A stretch of 64,000 bases of DNA. Origin: an uncultured bacterium. Lineage in GTDB: Bacteria; Oederibacteriota; JAAXVQ01; JAUVAV01. Both the position numbers and the translations under genes were made by a program. The DNA lies in the NCBI GenBank assembly GCA_963710755.1, contig CAVQBK010000004.1, positions 96,001 through 160,000 on the forward strand, in the 5' to 3' direction. The first letter of the stretch is position 1; the number at the start of each line of letters is the position of its first letter. Below, one piece after another: positions 18,684 through 32,201 of this stretch. The notes under the pieces were generated by a model, which worked only from the letters and a program-made list of their open reading frames with translations, searched no databases and was not told the origin of the DNA.

Positions 18684-20399
18684 ATGTTGTACAGAAGGAT
18701 AAAAGTTTGGCTTATGAATTATTGGGTAAGGTTGGTGATCATCACGGCGGTGGTGCTGCTCATCTTCTTTACCATTGTGGGATTGGCCTCGCTCGAGTCG
18801 TTTTACCTGCATTTGACCCTGGCCACTTTGCCTTTGCAGCTTTTGATGGCAGGGTTGAACGCCGTGATTTTTGTTTACCTCTATATGACGGTTTTCCGCG
18901 GCGGCTTTTCCCAGATGAAAAAGAAAAAACTAAAATCATCCTATGTGGATGTCAAATTTTCCGATGTCATTGGTCTGGAGCAGGCCAAACGGGAAGCCTG
19001 GGAAGTGGTGCAGCTTATCCGCGACCGGGCCAAGCTCAAGGCTATTGGCGGTAAAATCTTGCGCGGCGTCATGTTGGTGGGCCCGCCGGGCTGCGGTAAA
19101 ACCATGCTGGCCAAGGCCATTGCCACAGAGGCCAAAGTTCCTTTTCTTTCTGTGGCTGGTTCGGAATTCGTGGAAGTGTTTGTCGGGGTAGGGGCCGCCA
19201 GGGTCAGGAAATTATTTAAACAAGCCCGGCAATTGGCTTATGCGGAAGGCAGCTGCATCGTATTCATCGATGAAATCGAAGTCATTGGCCGTGGCCGTAC
19301 CTTCAATAATGAAGGTGGCCAGGAATCTAACAGTACCCAAAATCAGCTGTTGGTGGAAATGGACGGCTTGGGGTCGCGCCAGGAAAATGTGATCGTCGTT
19401 GGGGCGACCAATGCTGCGGAAGGCATTCTGGACCAGGCTATCATGCGGCCAGGACGGTTTGACCGCAAACTCTATATTGAGCGGCCCAATTTAAAGGAAC
19501 GGGAAGAATTATATCAATATTATTTATCCAAAGTTCAGCATAATCCTGAAATCGATGTGGCTTATCTGGCCAGAAAATCAGTGGGCAAGAGCCCGGCAGA
19601 GATCGAAAATATTATAAAAGAATCGGCCTTGATTGCCATGCGCCAGGGCAAGGAACAAGTGGAGTATACCGATCTTTCCAAAGCCATTGAACGCATTGAG
19701 TTGGGGATCGAACACCGCAAGGAAATGGTCCCCAGGGAGCGGGAAATGGTGGCTTATCATGAAGCCGGCCATCTGGTGACGCTCTACCTGCTCCATCCTA
19801 CGGATGATGTATTTAAGGCTTCCATCATTTCCCGAGGCGGCGCCCTGGGTGTGGTGCATCACTCGCCGCGCAATGAATTGTATACGGAAGACAAGGAAAC
19901 CCTGATGGCCAATATCAAGGTGGCTCTGGCAGGCTATGTTTCGGAAAAATTAAAATACAGCACCACCTCGACGGGGGTGTCTTCTGATTTTCGGAACGCC
20001 ATGCTGCATGCTCATAATATGGTCTGGCGTGTGGGCATGGGGGGCAACGGCTTTATTGGTGATTTTTCCATTATGCCCGAAGCGCAGTTGTCGGAATCGC
20101 TAAAGGAAAGGCTCAATGCGGAAACTGAGATGATCTTAAAAAAATGTCTCCACGATACAGAAGCAGTTCTGAAAACGCACTGGAAAATCGTGGATCGTTT
20201 CGTGGGCGAATTGCTCGCCAAAGAAGAGTTGGATTACGATCAAATTGACAGCATCTTTGCTGAATATGGCCTGGCCCATGCTTTACCGGGGGAAGGGGAC
20301 AAGAAGCCCTTGCTCATTGAAAACCAACCCAAGGCCAAATCCCTTAAAAAAGTAGCGGGTGTGCGCAAAAAGACCGCTAAAAGTAATGATAAAAAGTGA
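18684..20399 (+). CDS. FtsH-like AAA+ zinc metalloprotease (2 TM, no periplasmic domain)
   Basis: Motifs GPPGCGKT, FVEVFVGVGA, FIDEIE, RPGRFDR, HEAGH, GVSSD. Confidence 0.9.
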   Translation: MLYRRIKVWLMNYWVRLVIITAVVLLIFFTIVGLASLESFYLHLTLATLPLQLLMAGLNAVIFVYLYMTVFRGGFSQMKKKKLKSSYVDVKFSDVIGLEQAKREAWEVVQLIRDRAKLKAIGGKILRGVMLVGPPGCGKTMLAKAIATEAKVPFLSVAGSEFVEVFVGVGAARVRKLFKQARQLAYAEGSCIVFIDEIEVIGRGRTFNNEGGQESNSTQNQLLVEMDGLGSRQENVIVVGATNAAEGILDQAIMRPGRFDRKLYIERPNLKEREELYQYYLSKVQHNPEIDVAYLARKSVGKSPAEIENIIKESALIAMRQGKEQVEYTDLSKAIERIELGIEHRKEMVPREREMVAYHEAGHLVTLYLLHPTDDVFKASIISRGGALGVVHHSPRNELYTEDKETLMANIKVALAGYVSEKLKYSTTSTGVSSDFRNAMLHAHNMVWRVGMGGNGFIGDFSIMPEAQLSESLKERLNAETEMILKKCLHDTEAVLKTHWKIVDRFVGELLAKEELDYDQIDSIFAEYGLAHALPGEGDKKPLLIENQPKAKSLKKVAGVRKKTAKSNDKK

Positions 20400-20412
20400 G
20401 CTTCTGTCACCG

Positions 20413-21309
20413 ATGCCCAAATACTTGATTCTTCTCGCTGTTGTTTTTTGGTCCTGGACCATGACCGGGTGCAAGACCACCTATCCTGAGGGCAGTTCTG
20501 AACAGGCGATAAAGGAAATCTGCCAAAAAGAATACAAAGTGGATGTGAAGGTTAAAAGTGTGGGCCACACCATTGGCGCGCTCGTGGTGCTGCCTCATGC
20601 CATCATGGATGATGTGAGCCTTTCGGACCGGGCCTTTAGTAAGCTACAAAATGTGCAGCTTACCGCCACCCGAGTGACGTTGTCCTCGGCCTTTCAGTAC
20701 GACTTTTTTGTGATCTCCATTCTTGATCCCATAGCCCAGGTCGAAGTGTCCTTTGTGCAATATATCAAAGACATCCGGCGCTTGTATATCGATGATATTT
20801 CCCGTAATGATTATTTTCAACGGATGTTGATCCAAACCCGCTTTGTGCCCTCCGTCTCGCCCGAAGCGCCGCCGCTTTATCCCCTCAAGGATATCCAACT
20901 TAAAGATTTTCTGGCTCAGCAGATCGTGGACCGCGTTAAGCTGCAGCTGACGGTCAACCTGATCATCAAACGGCTATTTGCACTTGCCGATGTGACCGGG
21001 CGTTACGATTCGGTTCCCGCTTTGGTGGACCAATACCCGGATGCGGGCGTACTGACCCTGCAGCTTTTATTCTTGCCCGGAGCGCCGCCCTTTGAAACCA
21101 TGGGGACCACCACCCTGCGGGATAACTTCAAGAACGTGATTCTTGACACGGTAAAAAAAGTCTATCGGCGCTATGAATTCAGGGATTGCGAGGGGTTGCG
21201 GGTGGTGGACAATCAAGGTCGTCTGTTAGCCTCTTATGACCGCCAAGCCCTGGAAAAAGGCGGCGGCAACAGTCTCATGCAATTGTTCGATGCCATTAAG
21301 AAAAAATGA
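20413..21309 (+). CDS. Hypothetical lipoprotein
   Basis: Signal peptide with lipobox MTGC; directly follows the FtsH-like gene. Confidence 0.7.
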   Translation: MPKYLILLAVVFWSWTMTGCKTTYPEGSSEQAIKEICQKEYKVDVKVKSVGHTIGALVVLPHAIMDDVSLSDRAFSKLQNVQLTATRVTLSSAFQYDFFVISILDPIAQVEVSFVQYIKDIRRLYIDDISRNDYFQRMLIQTRFVPSVSPEAPPLYPLKDIQLKDFLAQQIVDRVKLQLTVNLIIKRLFALADVTGRYDSVPALVDQYPDAGVLTLQLLFLPGAPPFETMGTTTLRDNFKNVILDTVKKVYRRYEFRDCEGLRVVDNQGRLLASYDRQALEKGGGNSLMQLFDAIKKK

Positions 21310-21343
21310 CGGCCATAGGGCTGGAATGCAGGAGGGCAATATC

Positions 21344-22111
21344 ATGGCATCACCGGGTTCGTTAAACAGCAAGCCTGTTTTCTTGGAAAAAGGAAAACAG
21401 GCTTTTTTATTTCTCCATGGCTTTACCAGCACACCTTCGTCGCTCATGCCCGTGGCCGAGGCTTTGGCGCAAAAGCAGTGGACAGTCAGCATGCCTTTGC
21501 TGCCGGGCCATGGGGTTACGCCGGAGGCCATGGCCGCCAGCTCGGCCGAACAATGGCTTAAGGCCGCCCTGGACGCCTATGATAAGTTGGCGGAGCGTTA
21601 CCCCCATCCGGCGGTAGCCGGGCTCTCCATGGGCGCGGCGTTGGCCCTGCATGTGGCCGCCCACCGTGACGTGCCTGCGGTGGTGGCGTTGTCACCAGCT
21701 CTGTATTTGAAGGACTGGCGGGTGGTGTTTATTCCTCTGCTTAAACTGGTGGCCCCCTGGCGTAAGGCCATTGGCAATGACATCAAAGGCGATCGTTTCC
21801 GGGAGGAAAGCTACGAGCGTTATCATCTTAAAAATATTCAGGACCTGCTCCAGGTCATGAGCGTGGTGCGCGGAGAGTTAAAACAAATCAGCGCGCCTCT
21901 ATTGACCATGCAATCCCAGATTGATCATGTAGTACCACCCCGTTGTATGGAGGATCTGGTGCGCTGGGCCGGCTCCAAGGTGATCGAGCAGCACCGGCTG
22001 CAAAACTCTTATCATGTCATTACCATGGACAATGACTATGAGTTCGTAGCCGAGCGTATGCATGCTTTTCTGAGCGACCACCTCCACCTGGTGGACCACC
22101 AGAACCAATAA
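21344..22111 (+). CDS. Alpha/beta hydrolase (carboxylesterase/monoacylglycerol lipase-like)
   Basis: Motifs LHGFT, LPGHG, GLSMG nucleophile, DHVVP, SYHVIT. Confidence 0.9.
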   Translation: MASPGSLNSKPVFLEKGKQAFLFLHGFTSTPSSLMPVAEALAQKQWTVSMPLLPGHGVTPEAMAASSAEQWLKAALDAYDKLAERYPHPAVAGLSMGAALALHVAAHRDVPAVVALSPALYLKDWRVVFIPLLKLVAPWRKAIGNDIKGDRFREESYERYHLKNIQDLLQVMSVVRGELKQISAPLLTMQSQIDHVVPPRCMEDLVRWAGSKVIEQHRLQNSYHVITMDNDYEFVAERMHAFLSDHLHLVDHQNQ

Positions 22112-22366
22112 GAGAACCTACAGTAAATCTTTCGTTAATACGCTCCCGTCTTTCCCTGGGGAAGACTGGGAATTAATACAATAAAATTCCATCCCTATCC
22201 AGGTCTCCCGCATTCACCGAGCAGGCTTGCGGCCTGTCGTCAAAGGCAGTCTCATGGAGTTGAATAACGTAACCGATCGGCCCTGCAGGGAATTTGATAA
22301 CCTGATGTTAATCAAGTGGCCTTAGGGTTGTCTCCTGGCCTTTTCTGAAAATTCTCAAAAAAATAC

Positions 22367-22395
22367 TTGCAAAAAAATCCAATATTGAATATAAC
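22367..22395 (+). promoter_or_regulatory. Sigma70-type promoter of groESL
   Basis: TTGCAA-17 bp-TATAAC immediately upstream of CIRCE. Confidence 0.7.
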
Positions 22396-22405
22396 TAATA
22401 CCGCC

Positions 22406-22432
22406 TTAGCAGTCTCGGCCTGAGACTGCTAA
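22406..22432. promoter_or_regulatory. CIRCE element (HrcA operator)
   Basis: TTAGCAGTC-N9-GACTGCTAA versus consensus TTAGCACTC-N9-GAGTGCTAA, upstream of groES. Confidence 0.9.
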
Positions 22433-22480
22433 AAACTCATCATCAATCCCCAATTAATCATATGAAGGAGGCGACACAAG

Positions 22481-22771
22481 ATGAAACTCAGACCATTGGG
22501 CGATCGTATCCTGGTCAAAGCACTGGAGGAAAAAGAAGTAAAAAAAGGCGGTATCATTATTCCTGATACAGCCAAGGAAAAACCCCAGGAAGGTGAAGTC
22601 ATTGCGGTAGGTCCCGGCAAAGTGGATGACAAGGGCAATCGACTCCCCATGAATGTTAAAGTGGGAGACAAAGTTGTCTACGGGAAATATTCGGGCAATG
22701 AAATTAAGATCGACGATGAAGAATACATGATCATGAACGAAGATGATGTTTACGGCATCATTGAAGGCTAA
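22481..22771 (+). CDS. groES: Co-chaperonin GroES
   Basis: [10 protein letters not shown]...[16 protein letters not shown]. Confidence 0.98.
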   Translation: MKLRPLGDRILVKALEEKEVKKGGIIIPDTAKEKPQEGEVIAVGPGKVDDKGNRLPMNVKVGDKVVYGKYSGNEIKIDDEEYMIMNEDDVYGIIEG

Positions 22772-22821
22772 TCAGGAATAAAACGCGAGGACGTATTAAT
22801 ATTTCCCAAAAGGAGGAGTGA

Positions 22822-24483
<1,662 letters not shown>

Positions 24484-24629
24484 GAATTCGAGCAGTTAGC
24501 AGCTCAAGTTCCTGAGCAATCGAGAATCGCTACCTTCGTTCCAATGCAGTCGATTCTCAATACTCATAGAGTTGACTAATTGCTCATACTCCGAGGCGCT
24601 GACCTATTGATGAAACGCTGAAATAAACC

Positions 24630-24662
24630 AACAGGGGACCGGAGAAAATCCGGTTCCCTGTT
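24630..24662 (+). terminator. Intrinsic terminator-like hairpin after groEL
   Basis: AACAGGGGACCGGA-GAAAA-TCCGGTTCCCTGTT. Confidence 0.65.
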
Positions 24663-24688
24663 AGGCTTTTAGGATCCTTGTCCTCCTA

Positions 24689-26282
<1,594 letters not shown>

Positions 26283-26382
26283 TCTTGACCATAACCACCT
26301 TTCGGGGTGATGGCTGAAGCGCTGCGCTTATCCCAGGACCGTTTATCTGTAACCATTATCCACTATAAAAGGAGCCAAGCTT

Positions 26383-27930
26383 GTGACACAAGCACAGGAA
26401 GAACTTATTTTAATTCTTGATTTTGGTTCGCAGTACACTCAATTGATCGCCCGTCGCATCCGGGAATTGAATACTTATTGTGAAATCCATCCTTACCGGC
26501 TGACATTGGAGCAAATTAAGGCCATGCGCCCCAAAGGGATCATCCTTTCCGGTGGACCGAGTTCCGTATACGGACAGGATGCGCCTCTGGTGGACAAAAA
26601 TCTGTTTGCCAGCAAAATTCCCATTCTGGGAATTTGTTATGGTATGCAGCTGATCGCCCATCTCAATGACGGCAAGGTGGCCCCCTCGACGGAACGGGAA
26701 TATGGCTTTGCCGAGCTGGAGATTGACAAACCCGGTATCTTATTCAACGGCCTTAACCAGCGCAGCGAAGTTTGGATGAGCCACGGCGATCGCATTGAAG
26801 TACTGCCCGAAGGCTTTGAAGTACTGGCCAAGACCAAGAATGCCCCCTACGCGGCTATCGGTGACAGCGCCCGCCGCATTTACGGTTTGCAGTTTCACCC
26901 TGAAGTGGAGCATACCAAGGAAGGGTTGAAGATCCTTAAGAATTTTGTGTCCCATGGGTGCGGCTGTAACGGCACCTGGACGCCGGCCTCCTTTGTGGAA
27001 GAAACGGTCGGACGACTTCAGCGTCAGGTTGGATCAGGACGGGTCTTGTGCGGCCTGTCGGGGGGCGTGGATTCCGCTGTGGCGGCTGTGCTCATTCATA
27101 AAGCTATTGGCGATCAATTGACCTGCATGCTGGTGGACAACGGCCTGCTGCGGTCCGGTGAAAAAGATAAAATCGTGGACATTTTTACCAAGAATTACGA
27201 TATTCATTTGGAAGTGGTGGATGCCAGGGAAGCTTTCTTAATGGACTTGAAGGATATTACCGATCCGGAAGAGAAAAGAAAACGCATCGGCAATAAATTT
27301 ATCGAGATTTTTGAGGAGCATTCCAAGCGCTTGGGATCCTTTGATTACCTGGCCCAGGGGACCATCTATCCTGATGTGATTGAAAGCGTGTCGGTCAAGG
27401 GACCTTCGGCCACCATCAAATCTCATCATAATGTGGGCGGCTTGCCGGAGAATATGCGCTTTGAGTTGGTGGAACCGCTGCGGGAATTGTTCAAAGACGA
27501 GGTCCGTAAAGTGGGCCTGGAGTTGGGACTGCCGGAAGATATGGTTTGGCGTCATCCTTTTCCCGGGCCGGGCCTGGCCATTCGCGTGATCAGCGACATC
27601 ACCCGGGACCGGTTGGAAGTGCTGCGCAAGGCGGATGTTATTCTGATCGAGGAAATTAAAAAAGCCGGCTATTACCGGCAATTATGGCAAGCCTTTGCCG
27701 TGCTGCTGCCGGTCAAATCCGTGGGGGTCATGGGTGATGAACGCACCTATGAAAATGTGGTGGCCCTGCGCATGGTGACTAGTGTGGATGCCATGACGGC
27801 GGATTGGGCGTATTTGCCCCAAGCCTTGCTGGGCCGGATTTCCAACCGCATTATCAATGAGGTCAAGGGCGTCAACCGGGTGGTACTGGATATCTCGTCC
27901 AAACCACCGGCCACCATTGAGTGGGAATAA
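26383..27930 (+). CDS. guaA: GMP synthase (glutamine-hydrolysing)
   Basis: Motifs [35 protein letters not shown]. Confidence 0.98.
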   Translation: MTQAQEELILILDFGSQYTQLIARRIRELNTYCEIHPYRLTLEQIKAMRPKGIILSGGPSSVYGQDAPLVDKNLFASKIPILGICYGMQLIAHLNDGKVAPSTEREYGFAELEIDKPGILFNGLNQRSEVWMSHGDRIEVLPEGFEVLAKTKNAPYAAIGDSARRIYGLQFHPEVEHTKEGLKILKNFVSHGCGCNGTWTPASFVEETVGRLQRQVGSGRVLCGLSGGVDSAVAAVLIHKAIGDQLTCMLVDNGLLRSGEKDKIVDIFTKNYDIHLEVVDAREAFLMDLKDITDPEEKRKRIGNKFIEIFEEHSKRLGSFDYLAQGTIYPDVIESVSVKGPSATIKSHHNVGGLPENMRFELVEPLRELFKDEVRKVGLELGLPEDMVWRHPFPGPGLAIRVISDITRDRLEVLRKADVILIEEIKKAGYYRQLWQAFAVLLPVKSVGVMGDERTYENVVALRMVTSVDAMTADWAYLPQALLGRISNRIINEVKGVNRVVLDISSKPPATIEWE

Positions 27931-27952
27931 CCACCATCAGGAAGCTGCCCCT

Positions 27953-28378
27953 ATGATCATTACCACCAGGATGCTGAATCTGTCCACCCAAGGCCGTGAT
28001 CACATACTGGACATCACCGAGGAAGTGCGAACGTTTATCAACGGTTGCGGCATGGGAGACGGACAAGTTACGGTTTTTGTTCCCGGCGCCACGGCTTCGG
28101 TCACCACCATTGAGATGGAACCGGGTCTTATCCAGGATCTGCCCCGCCTGTTGGAAGATCTCATTCCTATCAACAAGGCCTGGCAGCATAATCAAAGCTG
28201 GGGTGATGGTAATGGCGGTTCCCACCTTCGGGCCAGCCTCATCGGTCCTTCTCTGACCATTCCTGTGCTGGAAGGCGGGTTGATTCTGGGTACGTGGCAG
28301 CAAATCGTTGTTGTTGACCATGACGTGCGGCCCCGCAAACGCAAGGTGGTATTGCAAGCCTTGGGCAATCCAGCTTAA
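27953..28378 (+). CDS. YjbQ/UPF0047 family protein
   Basis: Motifs DIT, GATA, GNG.SHLRASL.G, LGTWQ. Confidence 0.9.
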   Translation: MIITTRMLNLSTQGRDHILDITEEVRTFINGCGMGDGQVTVFVPGATASVTTIEMEPGLIQDLPRLLEDLIPINKAWQHNQSWGDGNGGSHLRASLIGPSLTIPVLEGGLILGTWQQIVVVDHDVRPRKRKVVLQALGNPA

Positions 28379-28703
28379 ACCTGCGGCCTGTGTCTAAATC
28401 GGCAAAGCTAAACTAAGCACTCAATCTCACGCCTAGAACACGAACGCGCAGAAAAAGGGTAACAATAGAAATTAATATAGAAGGTCTTTAGTTTTGCGAC
28501 TTTGCGCGAGTTAATGATTGACACCAAAGTGTAACTACAGCTGACACAAAATCTTATCATCTCTTAATCACCTTGCTCGGCCACCTTGCGGGGAACAATC
28601 AAAAAGCACCGTCGCGCTTGGTATGGTATAGTATCCTCTGAACCAGAAACGCAACCTGCGGTTCCAACCAAAAAAGAGTTCAGCCTGCAAGGAAAGTGAC
28701 CGT

Positions 28704-31700
28704 ATGCCTTTTACAAAATTCGTTCATTTGCATGTTCACAGTGAATACAGCCTCCTCGATGGGGCCTGCCGTCTGGAAGCCTTGGTGGACCGGGCCAAAG
28801 CTTTGCATATGCCCGCCCTGGCCCTGACCGATCACGGCGTGCTCTATGGCGCCATTGATTTTTATCATCGCTGTCTCAGGCATGGGATTAAACCCATCAT
28901 CGGCATGGAAGCCTATGTAGCGCCAGGATCGCGCTTTGACCGCAAGAGTGATCATGGCATGAAAGATGCCGCTCATCACCTGGTGCTGCTGGCCAGGGAT
29001 TTTGAAGGTTATCAAAATCTGGTAGCCCTTTCCAGCATCGGGTTCCTGCAGGGGTTCTATTACCGTCCCCGCATTGACAAGGCTGTTTTGGCCCAGCACG
29101 CCAAGGGCCTCATCGGGCTGTCGGCTTGTCTAAAGGGAGAGATTGCCCAGCTGCTTTTAAAGAATGAACTGCCCCTGGCCAGACAGGTGGCAGAGGAATA
29201 CGGCCAACTGTTCGGAGAAGGACATTTTTACCTGGAACTCATGAACCAGCACCTTCCCCAGCAAGGTCTGGTCAACCGCGGCCTGATCGATCTGGCCCGT
29301 GAGACCGGTCTGCCCGTGGTGGCCACCAATGATGTGCATTATTTAAAACGTGACGATGCCCTGGCTCAGGAAGTGTTGATGTGCCTTCAAACCGGACAGA
29401 CTTTGAATGACGAAAAACACATGCACCTGGAGACCAGGGAGTTTTATTTAAAATCAGGCGAGGAGATGGAACACCTGTTCTCGGAAATTCCGGAAGCAGG
29501 CCGGCACACCCTGGACATCGCCAACCATTGTAATCTGGAGATGCCGTCAGGCAGGATGCAGTTACCCCATTACCCCATACCGGAAAACGAGATCGAGATC
29601 CCGAGCCAGGCCGGCTTGCCGCCGGATCTGGACGCCTATTTGGAAGCACGCTGCCGCCAAGCCATGGCCCAACAGGACTTTCCGGACCGCCAGGCCGTGG
29701 AGTCCCGCTTAAGCCTGGAGTTGGACGTCATTAAAAAAATGGGTTATGCCGCTTATTTCCTGATCGTATGGGACTTTATCAGTTATGCTAAAAAAATACA
29801 GGTTCCCGTTGGTCCTGGCCGCGGGTCCGTGGCCGGTTCCCTGGTAGCCTATCTGCTGGGCATCACCGAGATCAATCCCTTGCGCTATGGCTTGATTTTT
29901 GAGCGCTTTTTAAATCCTGAACGCATCAGCATGCCCGATATTGACGTGGATTTTTCCGACATCGGCCGGGAGAAAATCATCCGTTATGTGACGGAAAAAT
30001 ACGGTCAGGAAAACGTGGCCCAGATCATCACCTTTGGCACCATGGCAGCCCGGGCCGCGGTACGAGACGTGGGACGGGTCTTGACCTTAGCCTATGAACT
30101 GGTGGACAAAGTAGCCAAGCTGATTCCCTTTGGTCCGGAGATGACCATCAGCCGGGCGTTGGAACAAGTGCCGGAATTAAAAGCCTTGGCTGAGGACAAC
30201 GGCCAGGTGCAGCAACTGCTGACCATTGCCATGACCTTGGAAGGCCAGGCCCGGCATGCATCCACCCATGCGGCGGGCATTGTGATCTCCAAGGATCCCC
30301 TGTTGACCTTGGTGCCTCTGTGCCATACCAAGCAGCCTAAAATTCAAGAACCGGAACCTTCCGGCAACGCCAGCACCCTGACCACCCAATATGCCATGGA
30401 GTCCCTGGAACGGCTGGGTCTGTTGAAAATGGACTTTTTGGGGTTGCGTACCCTGACCGTGATCGATGAGACCCTCAAGGCCGTGGAGGCTCAGACCGGC
30501 CGTCATCTTGATTTGCAGGCCCTCACGTATGATGATGCGGCCACCTTTACCATGTTGGGGGAAGGCCAGACCAGCGGGGTCTTTCAATTGGAGTCAGCAG
30601 GCATGCGCGACCTGCTCAAGCGGCTCAAGCCTCAGTCTCTGGAAGAAATCAGTGCTTTGAACGCCCTGTACCGGCCAGGGCCCATGGCGATCATCGACGA
30701 CTATATTGGCCGCAAACAGGGACGCCTGCCCATTCGTTATCCCCATCCGGAATTGGAGTCCATCCTGAAAGAAACTTACGGTACCATTGTTTATCAGGAG
30801 CAGGTCATGCAGATTGCCGTCAGGCTGGGTGGCTTCACCTATGGACAAGCCGACCTCCTAAGGCGAGCCATGGGCAAGAAAAACCGTGAGCTCATCGAGC
30901 AACAGCGCGATGTGTTCGTGAAAGGCGCGCAGACCAAAAAAATACCGGCGGAACAGGCGGAGGCCATTTTTGATTTAATGGCCCGCTTTGGGGAATACGG
31001 GTTTAATAAATCCCACAGTCTGGCCTATGCCGTACTGGCGTACCAGACCGCTTATCTCAAAGCCAATTATGCGCCTTATTTTGCGGCAGCAGTGCTCAGC
31101 AGTGAAATGCATAATACCGACAAAATTGCCGCGTATATCCAAGAATACAGGCGCCAGCAAATAGCCCTGGGGCTACCTGATATTAATAAAAGTTTTGATA
31201 GGTTTATAGTGGTTGATCAAAAAATCCAGTTCGGCCTGGCAGCCATTAAAAATGTGGGCCAAGGCGCAGCCAAACTGATTGTGCAGGAACGCGAGGCCCA
31301 AGGCCTCTATGCCTCCTTCGATGATTTTTGCGAACGTCTGGAGCTAAGAACCGTCAATCAGCGGGCAATCGAAAGCCTGATTAAGGCCGGGGCCTTTGAC
31401 CACCTCACGGCTACCCGTCGAGCCTTGCTGCTGCAGCTGGAGGCGAGTCTGAGCCGCGCCCAGAAAATTCAGGAGGAACGGGCTCTGGGACAGATGGCCA
31501 TGTTCGATCAAAGTGCCCTCACCGCTGACAGAGAAAAGTCAGTATCCATTCCGGAGAATGAGAAAGACCGCCTGGCCGGCGAAAAAGAAGTATTGGGGTT
31601 TTATTTGACGGGTCATCCTTTGACGGAATTCCAGGATCTGCTGCGCACCTTCAATAGTCAGGCGCTCACCCAACTGAACAAAGTGGAAGAGGGCCGGCCG

Positions 31701-32201
31701 GTGGTGGTCGGTGGCATCATCCTGGGCGTTAAGCACAGTTTGACCAAGCGCAAGGAACCCATGCTGCGGTTTAATCTTGAAAATTTTGACGGGCTGGTGG
31801 AAGTCATGGTTTGGCCCGACACCTTGGGAAGTCATCGTCATTATCTGCACAAGGATGAAATGGTATTCGTGCAAGGACGACTGGACCGCAGCGGTGAGGA
31901 CAACAAAATCGTGGCCCACGATATTATTCCCTTCCAGGAAGCCTACAGCCGGCTGAGCCGGCAGTTGGTGCTCACCTTGCACCCCACCTTGGGGGAAGAA
32001 CAATTGCTGGCCATCAAGGAAATTCTAACCCGGCATAGCGGCAACACGCCCGTTGTGCTGCGCATTCTTTCCGTACACCATGGTCAAGTGGTGGAAAAAT
32101 TGCCAGAGCGCTTTCAGGTCACTGTCAGCCACGATCTGATCCAAGCCTTAACGACCTTGATGCGGTCCGAGGATATTGAAATTAAGAGCGCTGCAGGTTA
32201 G
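28704..32201 (+). CDS. dnaE: DNA polymerase III alpha subunit
   Basis: Motifs HLHVHSEYSLLDG, GPGRGS, PDIDVDF, KMDFLGL, FNKSH; no intein seen. Confidence 0.98.
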   Translation: MPFTKFVHLHVHSEYSLLDGACRLEALVDRAKALHMPALALTDHGVLYGAIDFYHRCLRHGIKPIIGMEAYVAPGSRFDRKSDHGMKDAAHHLVLLARDFEGYQNLVALSSIGFLQGFYYRPRIDKAVLAQHAKGLIGLSACLKGEIAQLLLKNELPLARQVAEEYGQLFGEGHFYLELMNQHLPQQGLVNRGLIDLARETGLPVVATNDVHYLKRDDALAQEVLMCLQTGQTLNDEKHMHLETREFYLKSGEEMEHLFSEIPEAGRHTLDIANHCNLEMPSGRMQLPHYPIPENEIEIPSQAGLPPDLDAYLEARCRQAMAQQDFPDRQAVESRLSLELDVIKKMGYAAYFLIVWDFISYAKKIQVPVGPGRGSVAGSLVAYLLGITEINPLRYGLIFERFLNPERISMPDIDVDFSDIGREKIIRYVTEKYGQENVAQIITFGTMAARAAVRDVGRVLTLAYELVDKVAKLIPFGPEMTISRALEQVPELKALAEDNGQVQQLLTIAMTLEGQARHASTHAAGIVISKDPLLTLVPLCHTKQPKIQEPEPSGNASTLTTQYAMESLERLGLLKMDFLGLRTLTVIDETLKAVEAQTGRHLDLQALTYDDAATFTMLGEGQTSGVFQLESAGMRDLLKRLKPQSLEEISALNALYRPGPMAIIDDYIGRKQGRLPIRYPHPELESILKETYGTIVYQEQVMQIAVRLGGFTYGQADLLRRAMGKKNRELIEQQRDVFVKGAQTKKIPAEQAEAIFDLMARFGEYGFNKSHSLAYAVLAYQTAYLKANYAPYFAAAVLSSEMHNTDKIAAYIQEYRRQQIALGLPDINKSFDRFIVVDQKIQFGLAAIKNVGQGAAKLIVQEREAQGLYASFDDFCERLELRTVNQRAIESLIKAGAFDHLTATRRALLLQLEASLSRAQKIQEERALGQMAMFDQSALTADREKSVSIPENEKDRLAGEKEVLGFYLTGHPLTEFQDLLRTFNSQALTQLNKVEEGRPVVVGGIILGVKHSLTKRKEPMLRFNLENFDGLVEVMVWPDTLGSHRHYLHKDEMVFVQGRLDRSGEDNKIVAHDIIPFQEAYSRLSRQLVLTLHPTLGEEQLLAIKEILTRHSGNTPVVLRILSVHHGQVVEKLPERFQVTVSHDLIQALTTLMRSEDIEIKSAAG

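Noticed and set aside
22140-22320. Hairpins between the esterase gene and the groES promoter as a riboswitch or ncRNA
   Set aside because: Only a terminator-like hairpin (about 22144-22171); no recognisable aptamer motif.
28425-28512. Short-period degenerate motifs (e.g. TTTGCGACTTTGCGCGAG; similar hints near 11415, 44460 and 61445)
   Set aside because: Possibly decayed intergenic repeats, but the arms pair too poorly to support a call.
28704-32201. Intein or split in dnaE
   Set aside because: Normal length and continuous motifs; only short Pro-rich insertions.
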